NCBI GenBank assembly: GCA_002633005.1
Contig: NMRA01000012.1
Location: 1,801,992-1,865,991, forward strand
Reading direction: 5' to 3'
DNA from: Phoronis australis
Taxonomy: Eukaryota > Animalia > Phoronida
DNA: 64,000 nt
Positions within the stretch are counted from its first letter, which is position 1. Each line of letters opens with the position of its first letter. This document shows, one piece after another, positions 42,021 to 55,400 of the stretch. A model generated the notes under the pieces. It was given only the letters and a program-made list of their open reading frames with translations, made no database searches and was not told the origin of the DNA. The translations under genes were made by a program, and so were the position numbers.

Positions 42021-45000
42021 GTTGCGGCTCAGATCACTTATGCGCCGTGCATGGTCTCAAGCCATAACTACCAGTCTCTCTGACATAGGAGCAGCGTGAG
42101 ATTAGTTTAATAGCGGCAGACAGTCTGAACAAACCAGTAAGATTCTTCGACGAAACGTGTGCTTTAAAGTGACATTACCGACGAGAAAAGTAGTTTTCTG
42201 ATATTAGTCATTCCTAACAAATAATTTAACTTACAACCTCAGCGATCGCAGTCCAACGCGCGCTTTGCTGGCGAAGCTTACATACAGTCAGTAAGTGGCG
42301 AAGTGTTTTAACGTTTCTAGTTGATCACCGGCCATGGTTTATACGATTCACAGGCATTCAATTGCGAGTACTGATGATTTCTAAAATCACAAAATTAAAC
42401 GAATTTTGTTGTTTTATGCATGTAGCTCTGACTAAACTTAAGAACTTCATCGAGTGCGTTTTCCAGACGTGAAAAACCGGTTATGCCTTGTCCTTTTAGG
42501 GCACGATTCACTGTTAGTTAGTAAACTCCTCTCGCGCGGTAAAAAGGAACAACGCTAGAAATAAGAAATGATGATGTTGGCTTGGTACGTGAAAAATAGT
42601 ATAAAATAAGAAAGTAAACGTGGCTCATCTTGTATGAAACCTTTATCATGTCGTGGCGCACAAGTTTTCGTGTAGGTTTCGTAAATATAATGTGTTTTAG
42701 ATGAGTTAGGTGTATTTTTCTTTACGTTTGAAAGTTGAGCAAAAAGACACGCCTTCGTGCTCGTCAAGTCCGACATTACACTCATAAAATGCATCGCGTT
42801 GCCTTATCTGGGAATAGCCCGATGACCTCAGAGATGTGAAAGGTAGCTGAAAGCAAAACAGTGATGGCTGATTTCGAAAGCACATCGCCACTCGATCGAC
42901 TCGAAGGAGTCCATTTCTGAAGTAAGTTATCGATGTATTCGGCTTTATACGCTCGCTCAAGTCTGACCTAATCAACTTATTGCCTAGGATTTTATTTATG
43001 TGCATCTCTAACGGAAAACGTGTGATTCATGTCTTATTGATCAGTGAGTGAAAATCGTCTGGCTCACCGATCGGCGTATGGTAAACATGAGCATCAACAT
43101 TTTGCTAAAAACATTTCAAAGCATAGTGTATACAGGTACGTAGGATTTACGTAGTCTAGTGTAAACTACAATTTATCCCATACGCGTTGAATCTGTCGAA
43201 TACGGCCATGTAATAATATTTCCGTATTCACCTCCCGCACTACTTCAACAGTGACCTCTGACATGGAAAGTTCAAAAGGTAGGTCAATGTCGACTCGACG
43301 TCGTTAGCCAGTTCGATCATCAAACTTTCGGAAATAGTTTAAAGTAATACAATTGCAGCAGTGTAAATAACACTTAACATTCAATCAGGTCCCAATCGTA
43401 ACATCTCAGGCTGGCATATGACAATTCTGTCTCAGTTTTCAATTGCTAAATATTATATCGTCTGCAACTCAGGTGCCGATTTCTCGGTAACTAAAACATC
43501 AAATATTGTTATTATTTAACTATACTATTTTCAGGAGATGTTACAAGTTCAATGCACAGTTACCGCTATTTTCATCTTTTTTATCGCTTTTCAAGTAATA
43601 AATCGTTACATTTAAAACTGTTTCTTTTACAAAAGGAAACTTGCAACATAACGCGCAAGTATGTATACATACATATAGGATGTGATCCGCCACGTGAACA
43701 GTCTGAGTGAAGGATTTGAAAAATCTGCCGAAAACATGAAAGAAACTTGGGAATTCGAGGCGTATGGGATAAATACAAAACGTACCTCGACTGACGTACA
43801 TCCGTGGTCAGCGGACCTCTCGGGTCCTTCACGGAGTCTCCATAAGCGTAAATCTGTATCAACTGTATTTTTTGTTTTTTGACTTAAAGTGAATAAAGTG
43901 TATTACTACTACTACATGAAGTAATATCCCACTCGACATTATTCCGCGTATCGACCGAGACCGAAGGTTATCTCTTCCTGCTAATATCCACATCATCAAG
44001 GATACTTTCTGGACTGCAACAAGAGAAAGCGTGATGATCCATTTAGTGGCTATATGAGTAAATGTGGTTTTGCTGTTTGAAATCATAAACTTATGTTTTT
44101 ACTTGTTTCGGAGATCATCTGGTTGGTTTTTGACTACACTTACAGCAGTTTCTATGTTTTTCATTTCCTCGTTTAAGCGGCAACAGTTGAGTACTGCTGA
44201 ACATGGGTTCATCCAACCCATTAAAAGTTTATGCGTATTCGATGTGTCACGTGATGAATCTTTACGGTTTTTTAATTGACGCTCATTTATGATAATGACA
44301 GTTAGCTGGTAAATATAGGCCTAGAATATTTCCTAGGTTTTGTCACTTGAACATTTGCTGTATGCGCCATCAGTAAATTTCGCACGTACGAAAGACCACG
44401 ATGCTTATAATGGAATCCAGGGTTATAGCAGAGACTGTAGAGGTTATGGAAGAAGCCAGCAGTTCAGCTACCCTTAACTTAACAAACGATCTTTGTCTAT
44501 TAATTATGATTGTACTGTGTTGTTCGTGGTTTGTATTTTTTGATATTCCTTTCCTATTTTATCCATGTATGTTCTCATTGTATATCTTTTATATTCCAGC
44601 AGTTGTTAGATAGTAGATAGTATTTATTACCATATTTTGTAGTAAGTTATAAACACAACCTTTTTGAAATCTGGGGAAGACCCAGTGCTTTTAATTTTAT
44701 GATATTGTATGTAATCATGTCTTTTATTATTGGTTTAATATAAAAGGCATTTGTTTGAAGTTGCAGGTGTTTTATTTTTACTATAATTGTATGCGTGTTA
44801 CCTATAGTAAATCATGACATATTACTAGAGCTATGTTGTCAGCGTGTGGTTGCGTGGTTGCGGTATAGTGACAGATCAAATTGAAAATTTCGGCGTTTTA
44901 ATCATAAAACAGTGTAATAGCCTGTAAGTTAAGCACTTAAGCAGCGCCAACAAGCCTCTTATTTGCGGTATTCATTTGCTTAACATTCGAGCGTCTGGTT

Positions 45001-45149
45001 TTTGGCATTGCAACTTTTAAAGTTGAGGGATATTCACCGATTTTGCGAGCTAGGGGTAAGATAAATGTTTATCTATTCAACATTATGAAGAAGTAAATAT
45101 GGTCAATTTGTGTAAAGAGTAAAATTAACAATTATGACGAGTAATCACA

Positions 45150-45480
45150 CGTCTCTTATAAAGCGGCATGCGGAACAAGCGTTTTTAGATAATATTGCAC
45201 CGAAATCCAATTGTTTTCATGATGGAGGTGTTGAAAGTACTTTTAGATAACAAACTACTTTCTGAGGACGAAATTGCTATAATGTATGTAAACGTTGTCC
45301 TCCACAATCAATGACTAATCATGCCGCTTGACCGCTTTGAAGGAAACGATGGTATTTTCCAAAATGACAATACTGGGCTTAATCGCACTTGTTGTATCGG
45401 GGCCACTTTACAAGTTTCACAATAGTATGATTGAGCCTTTATTGACGGGCTCTGTCTATATCAATCGAAAATTAGCTTCG
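45150..45480 (+). mobile_element. Possible highly decayed Tc1 transposase fragment
   Basis: Remnants resembling Tc1 motifs in the expected order: FHDGG, GIFQNDN and SIEN. Confidence 0.25.
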
Positions 45481-45996
45481 AAGGAGTATGTCGGATTTTA
45501 ACACAAACGTACGACATTATTGACAAGTTCATAGATTTTAAATCTGTCCCGTTTCATCACATGGCGATAACTAAAAGTTAGACTTGTACTAAGACATTGG
45601 TACTATGAGACAATTATCGGTCAATCGAGAATTTCGTTGCCGTTTCGTTAGTTGCAATTTCGAGGGCGTTCTGCACTCAAAATTATTGTCACTTGCGTTC
45701 TCAAACTTAAACAAAGTGTTCTTGTTTCCCAAGAACTGAAACTTGTCAGCATTAGCTTAAAAATTGGAAAATTGCGGTAGACAAGATTCTGTTTTAACAC
45801 AAATGAACAATTCGGAGTCGGCTTAAATCTAAAGTGAAAATGGCAGATTGTCAAATACCATCGAAGTAATCTGGTGTGATAGCTTTAGTTTGAAAGTAGT
45901 TCCCTGCCTGTAGCAAAGGTCATCATTTGCTATGCACAGCAGGCCTCACTGGCGACCTACCATGAAGTTTCGATTAGATTGGTTCAGCCGATTAAT

Positions 45997-46180
45997 GTGC
46001 CCCTGAAATAATTATTGACGGCGTAAACTAATTATTTGAGGCGTAATTTAAGTTTTCATGGTGTTAAGTAATTATTTGCTGGGTAAATTAACTTTTAACG
46101 GCGCAAAGTAATTGTTTGCTGCTGAAAGTAACTTCGCGCGTAAATTATATTTAACTTACGAGCTTAATTAACGCCGCAAC
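45997..46180. repeat. Degenerate ~20-bp repeat array related to the interior of the 39249 element
   Basis: Repeated (A)CGGCGTAAA.TAATTA-like units. Confidence 0.45.
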
Positions 46181-47273
46181 CAAACAATGTAGTCCGGCAG
46201 TCCGGCCGGCAGTAGTTAATTTACACCACTAACAGGAAAGAATTTAAGTGCCTGATGTTGACCCCTTTGGCTTACGATAGTTTTCGCGAAGTTCTCGTGT
46301 CTAAAGAATGAGCGCTTGCTGCAGTGTTTGCAGTAGGCTCTAAGCCGAAAAAGCATAATAATTGGTTTTAATCAAAGTTTTTTTTTTGAGAGCGACAATG
46401 CACTGATGCGGTATTTTTAGTTGTATTCCTGAAATACGTTTCCAGCTTAAGCGGGGAACCCAGTGACGATATATGTTGAAAACCAGTCGACGGGGGAGAT
46501 TTGGCTGCATTCCCCCTGGCCGAACGGTGGGAGAACACTTGCCTTTGGAAACCTGTTCTCAATCAAAGTCATAACAGGTGATCATTGCAAATATATTGCC
46601 GGACCACTTCGTTAAAAAACTATCTTCGTTACGTTTCGGGAACTTTTCAAAAAAGTGATGCCGGCGTAAGGTTTCAAATGACTTGGGTACACACCAGAAC
46701 AAGTTATGGTATTTTTGGACCTTACTCCCAGCAGCCAGTGAGCTATAACTCAACGCTCTCAGATAATGCCGTTAGCGTGACGTCAACGCATCGCTGGTGC
46801 TTTTTTAAGGTAGGTCCTAAGTGACGCCGCGGATCATGGTAGATACGGAATACGTGAAACTAAAGTACGTTGGACTGAGCTCAGTTGGTACTGGGAAATG
46901 TCAGAACATCGATTATGGAGATAAAGGAAAGAAAAAAAGAAGTTGAATTGCGAAAAAAGCTGGTGGTTGCCATAAAAATCACAACTGACTATTGCTGTGA
47001 TCAGGTATTTTGCATGGGTGTGGTTTCTTGAGTTGAGAGCTTGAAAACGCCTAGACTTGTCGAGGAAAAGGTTTATCGAATATATTTGCAAAAACTGTCA
47101 TGACTACTCGAATCCCTCTTAGCCGTTTTAACATCTCATGCCTATCAAATGACCATCAAGCTGTGTACACCTACGGTTGTTTCGTGATATTACGTACGTA
47201 ACCCTGTAGCTAACACGGCAAAAATCTTATCTTGTTATTGTATTCGTTTTGATACGTGTTCTACAAGCTTATA

Positions 47274-48082
47274 AGGGGAGACCGGGGCTATTTTGGTCCT
47301 ACTTTCGATGAAACCTGTCGGCGAATTTTGTTGAAAACTTATATATCTGCAAGTGAATATTTCGTTGCAATTACAGCATTACATTCCAAGTCATTAGGTC
47401 CAAAAGCCGGTACAAACTTGCCCAATGGCAGGGAAAGACGGGCAAACCCCGGACCGGGGTATTTATTTGCCGACATCCGGACTCACTGGTAGTTTCACGC
47501 TCTATTCTTTTGTAAACATGCAATGAGTGGTATTTACCTAATTATGGAGAATCTCAACAAAGCGACAGGTGTGTTTATGCGTGCTCCCGTGAACTTTGGA
47601 TTACAGTTACTTTTGCCACGAGCAATCGAGCATTTTTGACAATATCACCGTAGTCTTTGCAACGCCGAAAATAAATATTTTCTTATAAAAATATGTGTGT
47701 TCATCTAGGCCGAACATAAAAAGTGCCCTGACTACAAATGTCGAACTAGCCCAGCTGCACGAAATAGGGGCCTGGCGTACGTGGCACTAGAGTACAAGAA
47801 ATTAAAATTGTATAGTGTTGAAATATGTTGCTGTATCTAAACGCATAAAAATGGTGAAACCTAAGGCCTATTGCGAATAAAAAACAACTTAAAAGCGGGA
47901 AATTTGGTACCAGGTGAAGAAATTGAATAATCGAATTTTTACTTCCTTTGTGTACTTTCAGTTCACTATTAAAAGTTGAAATCATAATGACCGCAACCAT
48001 GTTATTTTTGCACCAATGAGCTGCCTTTTGTGCCAAATATACTCGGCAATTTAAATTTCCAAACTAGCCCCGGTCTTTCCTA
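47274..48082. mobile_element. Non-autonomous Tc1/mariner-pogo-type element
   Basis: TIRs AGGGGAGACCGGGGCTATTTTGG / revcomp AGGAAAGACCGGGGCTAGTTTGG, with TA at the ends. Confidence 0.7.
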
Positions 48083-48677
48083 CTCGTTGTTATCAGTCAC
48101 GTGTGGAAATATGTGACTTCCAGTTGAACATTGTACTCATAGCTGTAGGTATGGGCGAAAAACATTGTTATATGACACTTGTCAAGATAACGTCGTACCG
48201 CCGGCTATTATCAAAAATGACAGTCCCTTTTGCGTCCTCTGAATACAACAAATCGTTCTCTACTTTTGTCAGTCGAATGATTGTCGCTCATGAAGCAACA
48301 CGTAGCAAGTCCGTTACGTCCAGTGAGTGACCGATGACGGTCGTTTATGTATTGTGACGGTTAGACAGGAATTGTTCCGGGCTTCAGTTTGTCGGTCAAT
48401 AACTGTGAAAGAAAGAAAAAGGCATCGCAATACGGCATTGCATAATTACAATTTAGCACACTGGACTGAGTAACAACTCGTCGAGAAAGGACCAGGGAAT
48501 GAAGAGAAGGCAAATAAGCATGTCACATACAAGAGAGAGGTAGGCCCTCGGCCAACCGTGCCGTGGCAGATTACATACACCGATAACGGATATAGCTCGG
48601 CAAGAGCCCGCGGGCTAAGAGTTAGCTAACTGGCATTAATCAACCGGGGCCAATCTCGGCTATACGAGGGCCAAGTT

Positions 48678-51281
48678 ATGTCAGTGCGATCACATCGAAG
48701 CGCATCAAACGAATACGACATAAAGCTGGTGATAGTCGGACGGTGCGGAGTAGGGAAGTCTACTCTACTTCACCGTTTCATTCACGGCGCCTTCGCGGCT
48801 TACCTTCGACCGAACGCACGAGTGGAAACCGAAGATCTGAGAATGACACGGAATCATAACCATGTCAGATTACGAATCTGGGACACAGCTGGTTAGTACG
48901 TTTGACAGATTTGCCCCGTCCTATTGAACAGTGCAGTGTACTGAGCTGTATATCATGAAGTCTCAGTTAGGAACAAAATAACGAACGTTGTAACTATAGA
49001 CTATACCTCTGCAACTTTCCATAGGGCGTCTCAATTTCAAACTCTACATTTAAGGGTCGAATCCGGGTAAATCTTCAGTCCCGAACTAGACGTCGTTGAG
49101 TTACCGTTGCAAACTCATGCACAGGCCTAGACTGGCTACACATAAGGGACATTCAAGTTTGGATAAGTTGAAAACAAGTTGATACTCAAGCACAACCGAG
49201 TAATCCACTCGAGCATTGTAAACCAATTGGCTTACGTCCAGATATCCTGTTAGATTGTTTGCTAGTTGTCTGTTAATATTATTATTTATTATATTTACAT
49301 TATCAGGTCAAGAACGATTTCGGAGTCTCACCAGGTCGTATTACAGGGGTGTAAACGCGGTCATAATTGCCTTCGATGTCACACACGACCAGTCCTTCCG
49401 GGACATCACTCACTGGTAGGGAACCTACATGTAACTACATGTGTACGTGAGGTTACGTAAGCCATGTAACACTGTGAGATGATGTCCAAATGTGACATCA
49501 GTGTCACAGTCATCAATGTCATCAGTGTGATCGAATTCAAAGAATTTCTCATCATGTAGTAAATTTTGTGACCTGTTCTTCAAACTACTGCTACTGACGA
49601 ATCGTTATTTAGAATGTAGGCCCTAGACTTGAGCATAAAACGAACACGAAACGACCAACTCAAAAACCGTAACAGGTTCCTCGGACCACTAGTTCGAACA
49701 GGATCTTAGAAAATTCATCTTTTCTGAACACTTACATCAAACGAAATTTGATCAGATGATGTCTTTGATATCATTTAAGTTCAGAACGGTTGTGAATGTG
49801 CGTTTCTTTTTCGCATAATTTTGATAAAAAGATATGGCTACATTGGCATGCGTAGTCAAAAGGCCACAGGGTTTCAACTTTTAGAAAGCTAAATTAAATT
49901 ATATAATGGTAGATATTTAGCTAACGCACACGGCTGCCTATAAAAGATACTGATCGTGTGTTTATTTACAGTAACACGAAACAGTACGTCGTCAGTTGCT
50001 TTTAGACTTCACCCCGGCAGTCACACTCCGGGAAGTTTCCTGTTCATGGCATGAAACCCGAAGAATCATAAGATACCATCTCTTATTGAATACCTTTAAA
50101 CATTAAGTACACTTAGATTACTGAGTTCTGTACTACAAGACATGGACAACAGAAAAAGCGTAGTTTGACTGTCCAGGCATTGTTCAAACGATCGATTGTT
50201 CAGACATTGTTTAAACGATGGAAAAATACAATTAGACTGGCTGCAGCTTCATTTGAAGTTCTCCACTGTACCACTGAATATAATAATCACACGCTAAGAA
50301 TGGTTGCGATATCAACTATAATCATCACATTTTACGGCTTATGAATCAGTTGGGTCTAGTTGTGAATGACTGCATTGCAGCTACGGGCTCCGTCTGTCCG
50401 TGCTTCACCTCCCTGCTTAGACTCGGCCGCGGGGAGTGGTCCATGAAAAGTGACCGTCAGAAATTTGACTTTGGCCACAACTTGGCAATTACGGAATAAA
50501 ATTTTCGACTCATTACTAATTCATGAGAACTACCAACTAACAATTTTGCATATCCTTTCATAGATCTAGAACTGCTGAGCCGAGATTTTTTCAGAAATAG
50601 TTGTGTGAAGCGCCAGACTAAATTTCTGACTAAAATTTGTGTGTAATTAGTCATGAAACGGGCCTCCGTTAGGTCTGATCCTATCTGACATTGCTCAATG
50701 ACGTCAAAACACAGTTTTTTTGTCCAAAAAACATTTGAGATTTACTATCAAGACGAGAAAGGTTCCAAAGCTTTCTGTATAGCGAAGCATTACTTAACTT
50801 TTTTTTATTATAAGAGATCAAGTGGGTATAATATGTAAACATTTTTCAACTAATAATGACGTCACCTAAAAGTAACGTAGCTCTCCACTTGACTGAGAAC
50901 TCGACGATCGCGTTTCCAATAATAACAGAATATGTATACTAGTTGGAATTGTTTTGCAGGTATGATGATGTCAAAGCTTTAGTTCAACCCAATGGTAAAG
51001 ACGTATTAGTCATCGTCGTGGGAACAAAATGCAATTTAACCGCCCAGCGTGTAGTAAGTTTAGAAGACGGTCAAAAGTGGGCGCTGGAAACGAACCTCAC
51101 CTTCATGGAAGTTAGCGCCGAGACGGGTTACAATGTGTCGGTGTTATTTGAGACAATTGTGGACAAACTTTTAAAAGAACAAGAGGTTTCAAAAGGCTGT
51201 GTGGAAAATTTGAAGATAGACCAAGATGAAGTTGACATTGAAAAGACATCTAAATGCTGTTTTCACATCGCGGACACGTGA
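48678..51281 (+). CDS. Divergent Rab-family small GTPase (214 aa)
   Basis: Exons 48678-48891, 49307-49415 and 50960-51281 join in frame (645 nt). G1 GRCGVGKST, G3 [20 protein letters not shown] (RabF motifs), G4 TKCN, G5 EVSAE, C-terminus CCFHIADT. Confidence 0.93.
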
Positions 51282-51894
51282 AGCTGGATGACCGTTTGCT
51301 CTCACTTGCGCATGCGTGTACCCATTGTGATCTCTTAAATTTCATATCCACGATCTCGAGGTTTGGGCGTCTCAATGAAGGCCAAGCCCACCCATTTACC
51401 GAAACACAAATTTGTAATTATCCTATATGACATATTTAGACCAGTTTGCCTATATCCGGAACAAGACACATGTGCCTCTGTTTGAACCATTTTAGAATAA
51501 CTATGTTTGAAAATGTGATGCTCAAGACATAGCTACACCCTATTTAGTTTTTTGATGTTCTCAGCTGTTTGGATCAGGGAATATGGAAAACTTTGTGAAG
51601 GATATTATTTAAGACACTAAACTGACAAGCTTGAACAAACCTTACTCAGTACTCCAGTAACCTTTTTCAAGCTGGTATGTGGTATTATGTTAAAGTTGAC
51701 CAATTTTACACAAGCTCAGTCAATATTATTAAAGCTTGTCCATTAGTAACTTAGGTTTTAAAGCTTTTTGTACCGACTTTATCATGTTGCACAAGAACCT
51801 CGAATAAATATGTATTCCCATCAAAATTTGACGAATAACACATTTCAAGTGACTTGTGAAGAACACTACTGAATACAACCATGGACACAGGACG

Positions 51895-51900
51895 TTTATT
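51895..51900 (-). promoter_or_regulatory. Candidate polyadenylation signal for SSRP1
   Basis: AATAAA on the - strand about 575 nt after the SSRP1 stop codon. Confidence 0.4.
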
Positions 51901-52473
51901 GATACTACAACTTGTTTGATCAAACTCTACAAGCCATTGACTTATCATGGCGTTTTTTCACAGGGTTATTCTCAACAAGATTCTCTTCAGATTTCCAGAC
52001 CCAACAATACTTTTTACAAGACTATGCAATGTAAACAGTAACATACAGCAGCACCTCCTAGTGAGGAGACGGGAAAGTTCACAGAAGAGTCAGTCACACT
52101 AGTCGCACTATTTTTACCTTAAGCGTTCACCACAATCATTCCATGCTCCAAGCCTCTTACACACTACCTCCATGTACGCTCCAAGCCCCTTATACACTAC
52201 ATACATGGCAAATGCCATATAATACGCCATTCACAGCCCTGCTCCACAGAGGGCAACCACAGACTGCCGTTTTCAGTGCTGTGCTGGAGACACGAGGCAT
52301 TACAATTGGTGTACTTAGCAAAGACACTGCCTTTTATCTAAGAAACTGATTCGCAACTTGGCTGAGGCAAACTTTGTGGTTCAAATGGCCTGGTTAAAGG
52401 TTTGTTTGTGGCTGGAGCACAGCTAACGAATGATGAAAGAATATTTTCAGGAATGCAATGTCTGGAAGACATC

Positions 52474-55400
52474 CTAATCTTCATCGCCAGAGTCTTCTCC
52501 AGAGTCAGAACCACTCTCTGAATCTGATGCTTCCGGTGAGCTGAGGATCTCTTCATCAGACGGCAACTGGAAACAAAACACAAAAACAGCTTTTTATTAC
52601 CAGGTGTAACACAAAACAAATGAAAATCGTGAACAGGTGAATGTTTCATATAGGACACTTTGAATCGAGAAGTGACGGATGCCTCGGTGAAGTACATGCC
52701 AAAACAATCAAATGACCTAATTCCCCAATTACAATGACTTAACGCAAGCAGATTTCCTCATTATAAGAGTGCTGATTGCAAGTTGAATTTATGCCAGAGA
52801 GGTCTGAGCGTCAGCTCATTACCAGATCATTTTGTGTACTATAGTCAGACACACTCAGTGATCAACAAGTATCAGTTTTTTTAAATATTCACCACAGGGT
52901 CAAATTTCGAATAAAAACTTGTGAAGGAGTTTCGAAAACTCCAACCAACAAAACTGGTGCTCTCGCATAACAGACATCTATGTACAAGTTCAAGATTCCT
53001 TGAGTGATTTGTGAAATTGGGTGAGAAAATAAAACAAAAACGAAGGGCAACTTTACATTTACTAGATGGTGCTACTATAACACTGCATGCATTTAGGTAG
53101 CTATGGGGGAGAGTTATCCCAGACACACCCATGCTGATGAACTGCTTTCAACTCTGAATCTATTCAGGTGTTAAAATGAGAAGCCTTTATTCATTAGCGC
53201 CACCTAGTGAACATAAAGTCTTCCACACATGTGGTGCCCCCTCTGGTCAACAACTAGTACCTCATCCACTTGCTCTGTTTTCCCTGCTTTCTTTCCCTTC
53301 GGTTTCTCCTTCTTCTTTAGAGGCTTGTCATCTTCAGATGCTGATGCCTGTCATAACATTAACATTATTTAAATACAAGCGCATAATGACAGCCAGATAT
53401 GTAATGAAGGAAAGATCAGACTGCAACAACCTACAGAACAGGAACCGAACTAGTGCCCAATGTTCGCCTCTCATAAATAGGCAGATTAAGTTGATTAATG
53501 ATTTACAGGTGGGAAGAATTCTGTTGCATAATCCTAATACACACATGCACATGGGGGAAATGTATACATTAATGTGCTTGTAAGCTGCCATGTTTCAAGG
53601 ACATGTGCTTAAAAATTAACAGCGCAACACCAACAAAGTGAAAAGAAACAAAAAAGTGTAAATACCTCGGACTCAGATTTTTTCTCTTCCTCAGACTCCA
53701 TCTGAAATATGTCAAATGATAGTCAGAATGATTGCAATCACACAAAAATGCCTCGGCCATCAAAAAGGTTATTTTCATACCAACTCAGACAGCAAGGCAT
53801 ATTTGTATACACAGAAGCAAGAAGACAAAAGATGTTCTAAAGCTGCCAGAGTTTATGTATTCAAGAAAGGCTAAAAAATGTTCTTCCAATATTGCAAATG
53901 TTCCTAAGGTTAACTTTAGCCTGCACAACCTGTCCAGATTCCCAAAATAGCCACTTACAGGCCGCCGCACATTTTGAGAACGCAGTTTTTTCCACTAAAT
54001 AACAGGCATCGGACAGGTTCTCAAATTTCAGGACCCCTACACAAATCTGCCCAGTAGATCACTGCTAGATATGATACAGTATGACAGAATGACAGTCACA
54101 ACCTGGTTCAATCTATGCAACCAAGAAACTGTGCTCAAAACTCCAGAAGACTACACTTCAATTTGCAAACGCAGTTAAGAACTTTTATGTGTAATGCTGC
54201 CGAAGCAAATACAACCTACACCATGGGACTATGTATGGAACCACCTCTTAGCATTTGTAAGGTTTCCCAAAATGATCAGTGAGCAAGTGTCAGTCACAGT
54301 CAAGGTTTTCTCCATGTTTACAGTCAGACTTCAGGTCAGTGAGTAGTTTTATATGCCCGTTTTTAGTCATAGAGACAATTTTAGGAATACATTTTCAACT
54401 TGTAGACTAACACCCATTGAAGCCTATTTAAAGGAGAATGCCAAACGATTTATTTAGTCTGTTTTACCATCTTAATCGGTCTACATCTACATCGCCTCTT
54501 ATACGGTCGACCTCACCTTGCCGAGAGGTGTCGCGTTAACCTGTGAGGAAGGTGAGAAATGACGCAGCGATGTCAGTGGTTCGTCTGCAGAGTGAATGCC
54601 GCTATATTGCAGTGCATCGTTCCCGCTTGTCCGAGCTATGAAGCTGCGAAGAAAGCGGGTATATCCTTTTTTCGACTTCCTCGACAGCCCGAAATGCTTA
54701 GGAAGTGGCTCACGGTAGTGAAGAATGAAAGGTACGCTGTTAATAGTAAGTATGAGGCCGTGAAACATCTCCATGTCTGTGACCGGCATTTTGTTGACAG
54801 CGCCTCTCTAGTATTTCTTGATCAGTGTATTTCGGTTCGAACTGATAGCCTGTGAAACCTAACGATCCGACCCGTGAAGTCTTCGTCGGATGAGCTCTGG
54901 ACTAAATCGGGATTGGTGCCGGGCGAGTTACTATGTAGACGTTTATTATTCTGTGTTCTGTTTCAAAATGAATTATTCTCATCCTAACCAATGCTTATAT
55001 AAAACTGAAACAAAGTCTGTCTCATTAGATACAATTTGTAATGCCTTTGCAGTATTCGTGAGTGCAAATGTTGAAAAGCCAGCAATGAAAAAACCACTGC
55101 GTTACCGGCTTTTGATGCCGGTAATAAAGTTAATTAAGTGGGCACCGAGGCCGTGTGAGCGAATGCTAATTCAGTGTTTGCTGACAGAAAGCTGTTGTGA
55201 AACAATTGCTCGATTTTATATGCTATTGTCACATGTTAGGGAATCTTTATTTAGAAATACAAATACATTATTCAAATCATTGTTACTGTACAACCTTTGT
55301 CCTGACGGTCTGTGGAAGGGGAAACCGACTTCACAGCCCCCGACAAGTAGATTTTCAGTTTCGTGGCTAATTCACATAATTATGTGCACATTAATTCCTT

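Noticed and set aside
43500-44760. Short ORFs and a T-rich 3'-UTR-like stretch
   Set aside because: No recognisable protein motifs or consistent splice structure.
50430-50668. Possible Harbinger-type MITE with an internal TCAGAAATTT/AAATTTCTGA inverted repeat in a Rab intron
   Set aside because: Termini are too degenerate to define TIRs or a TSD.
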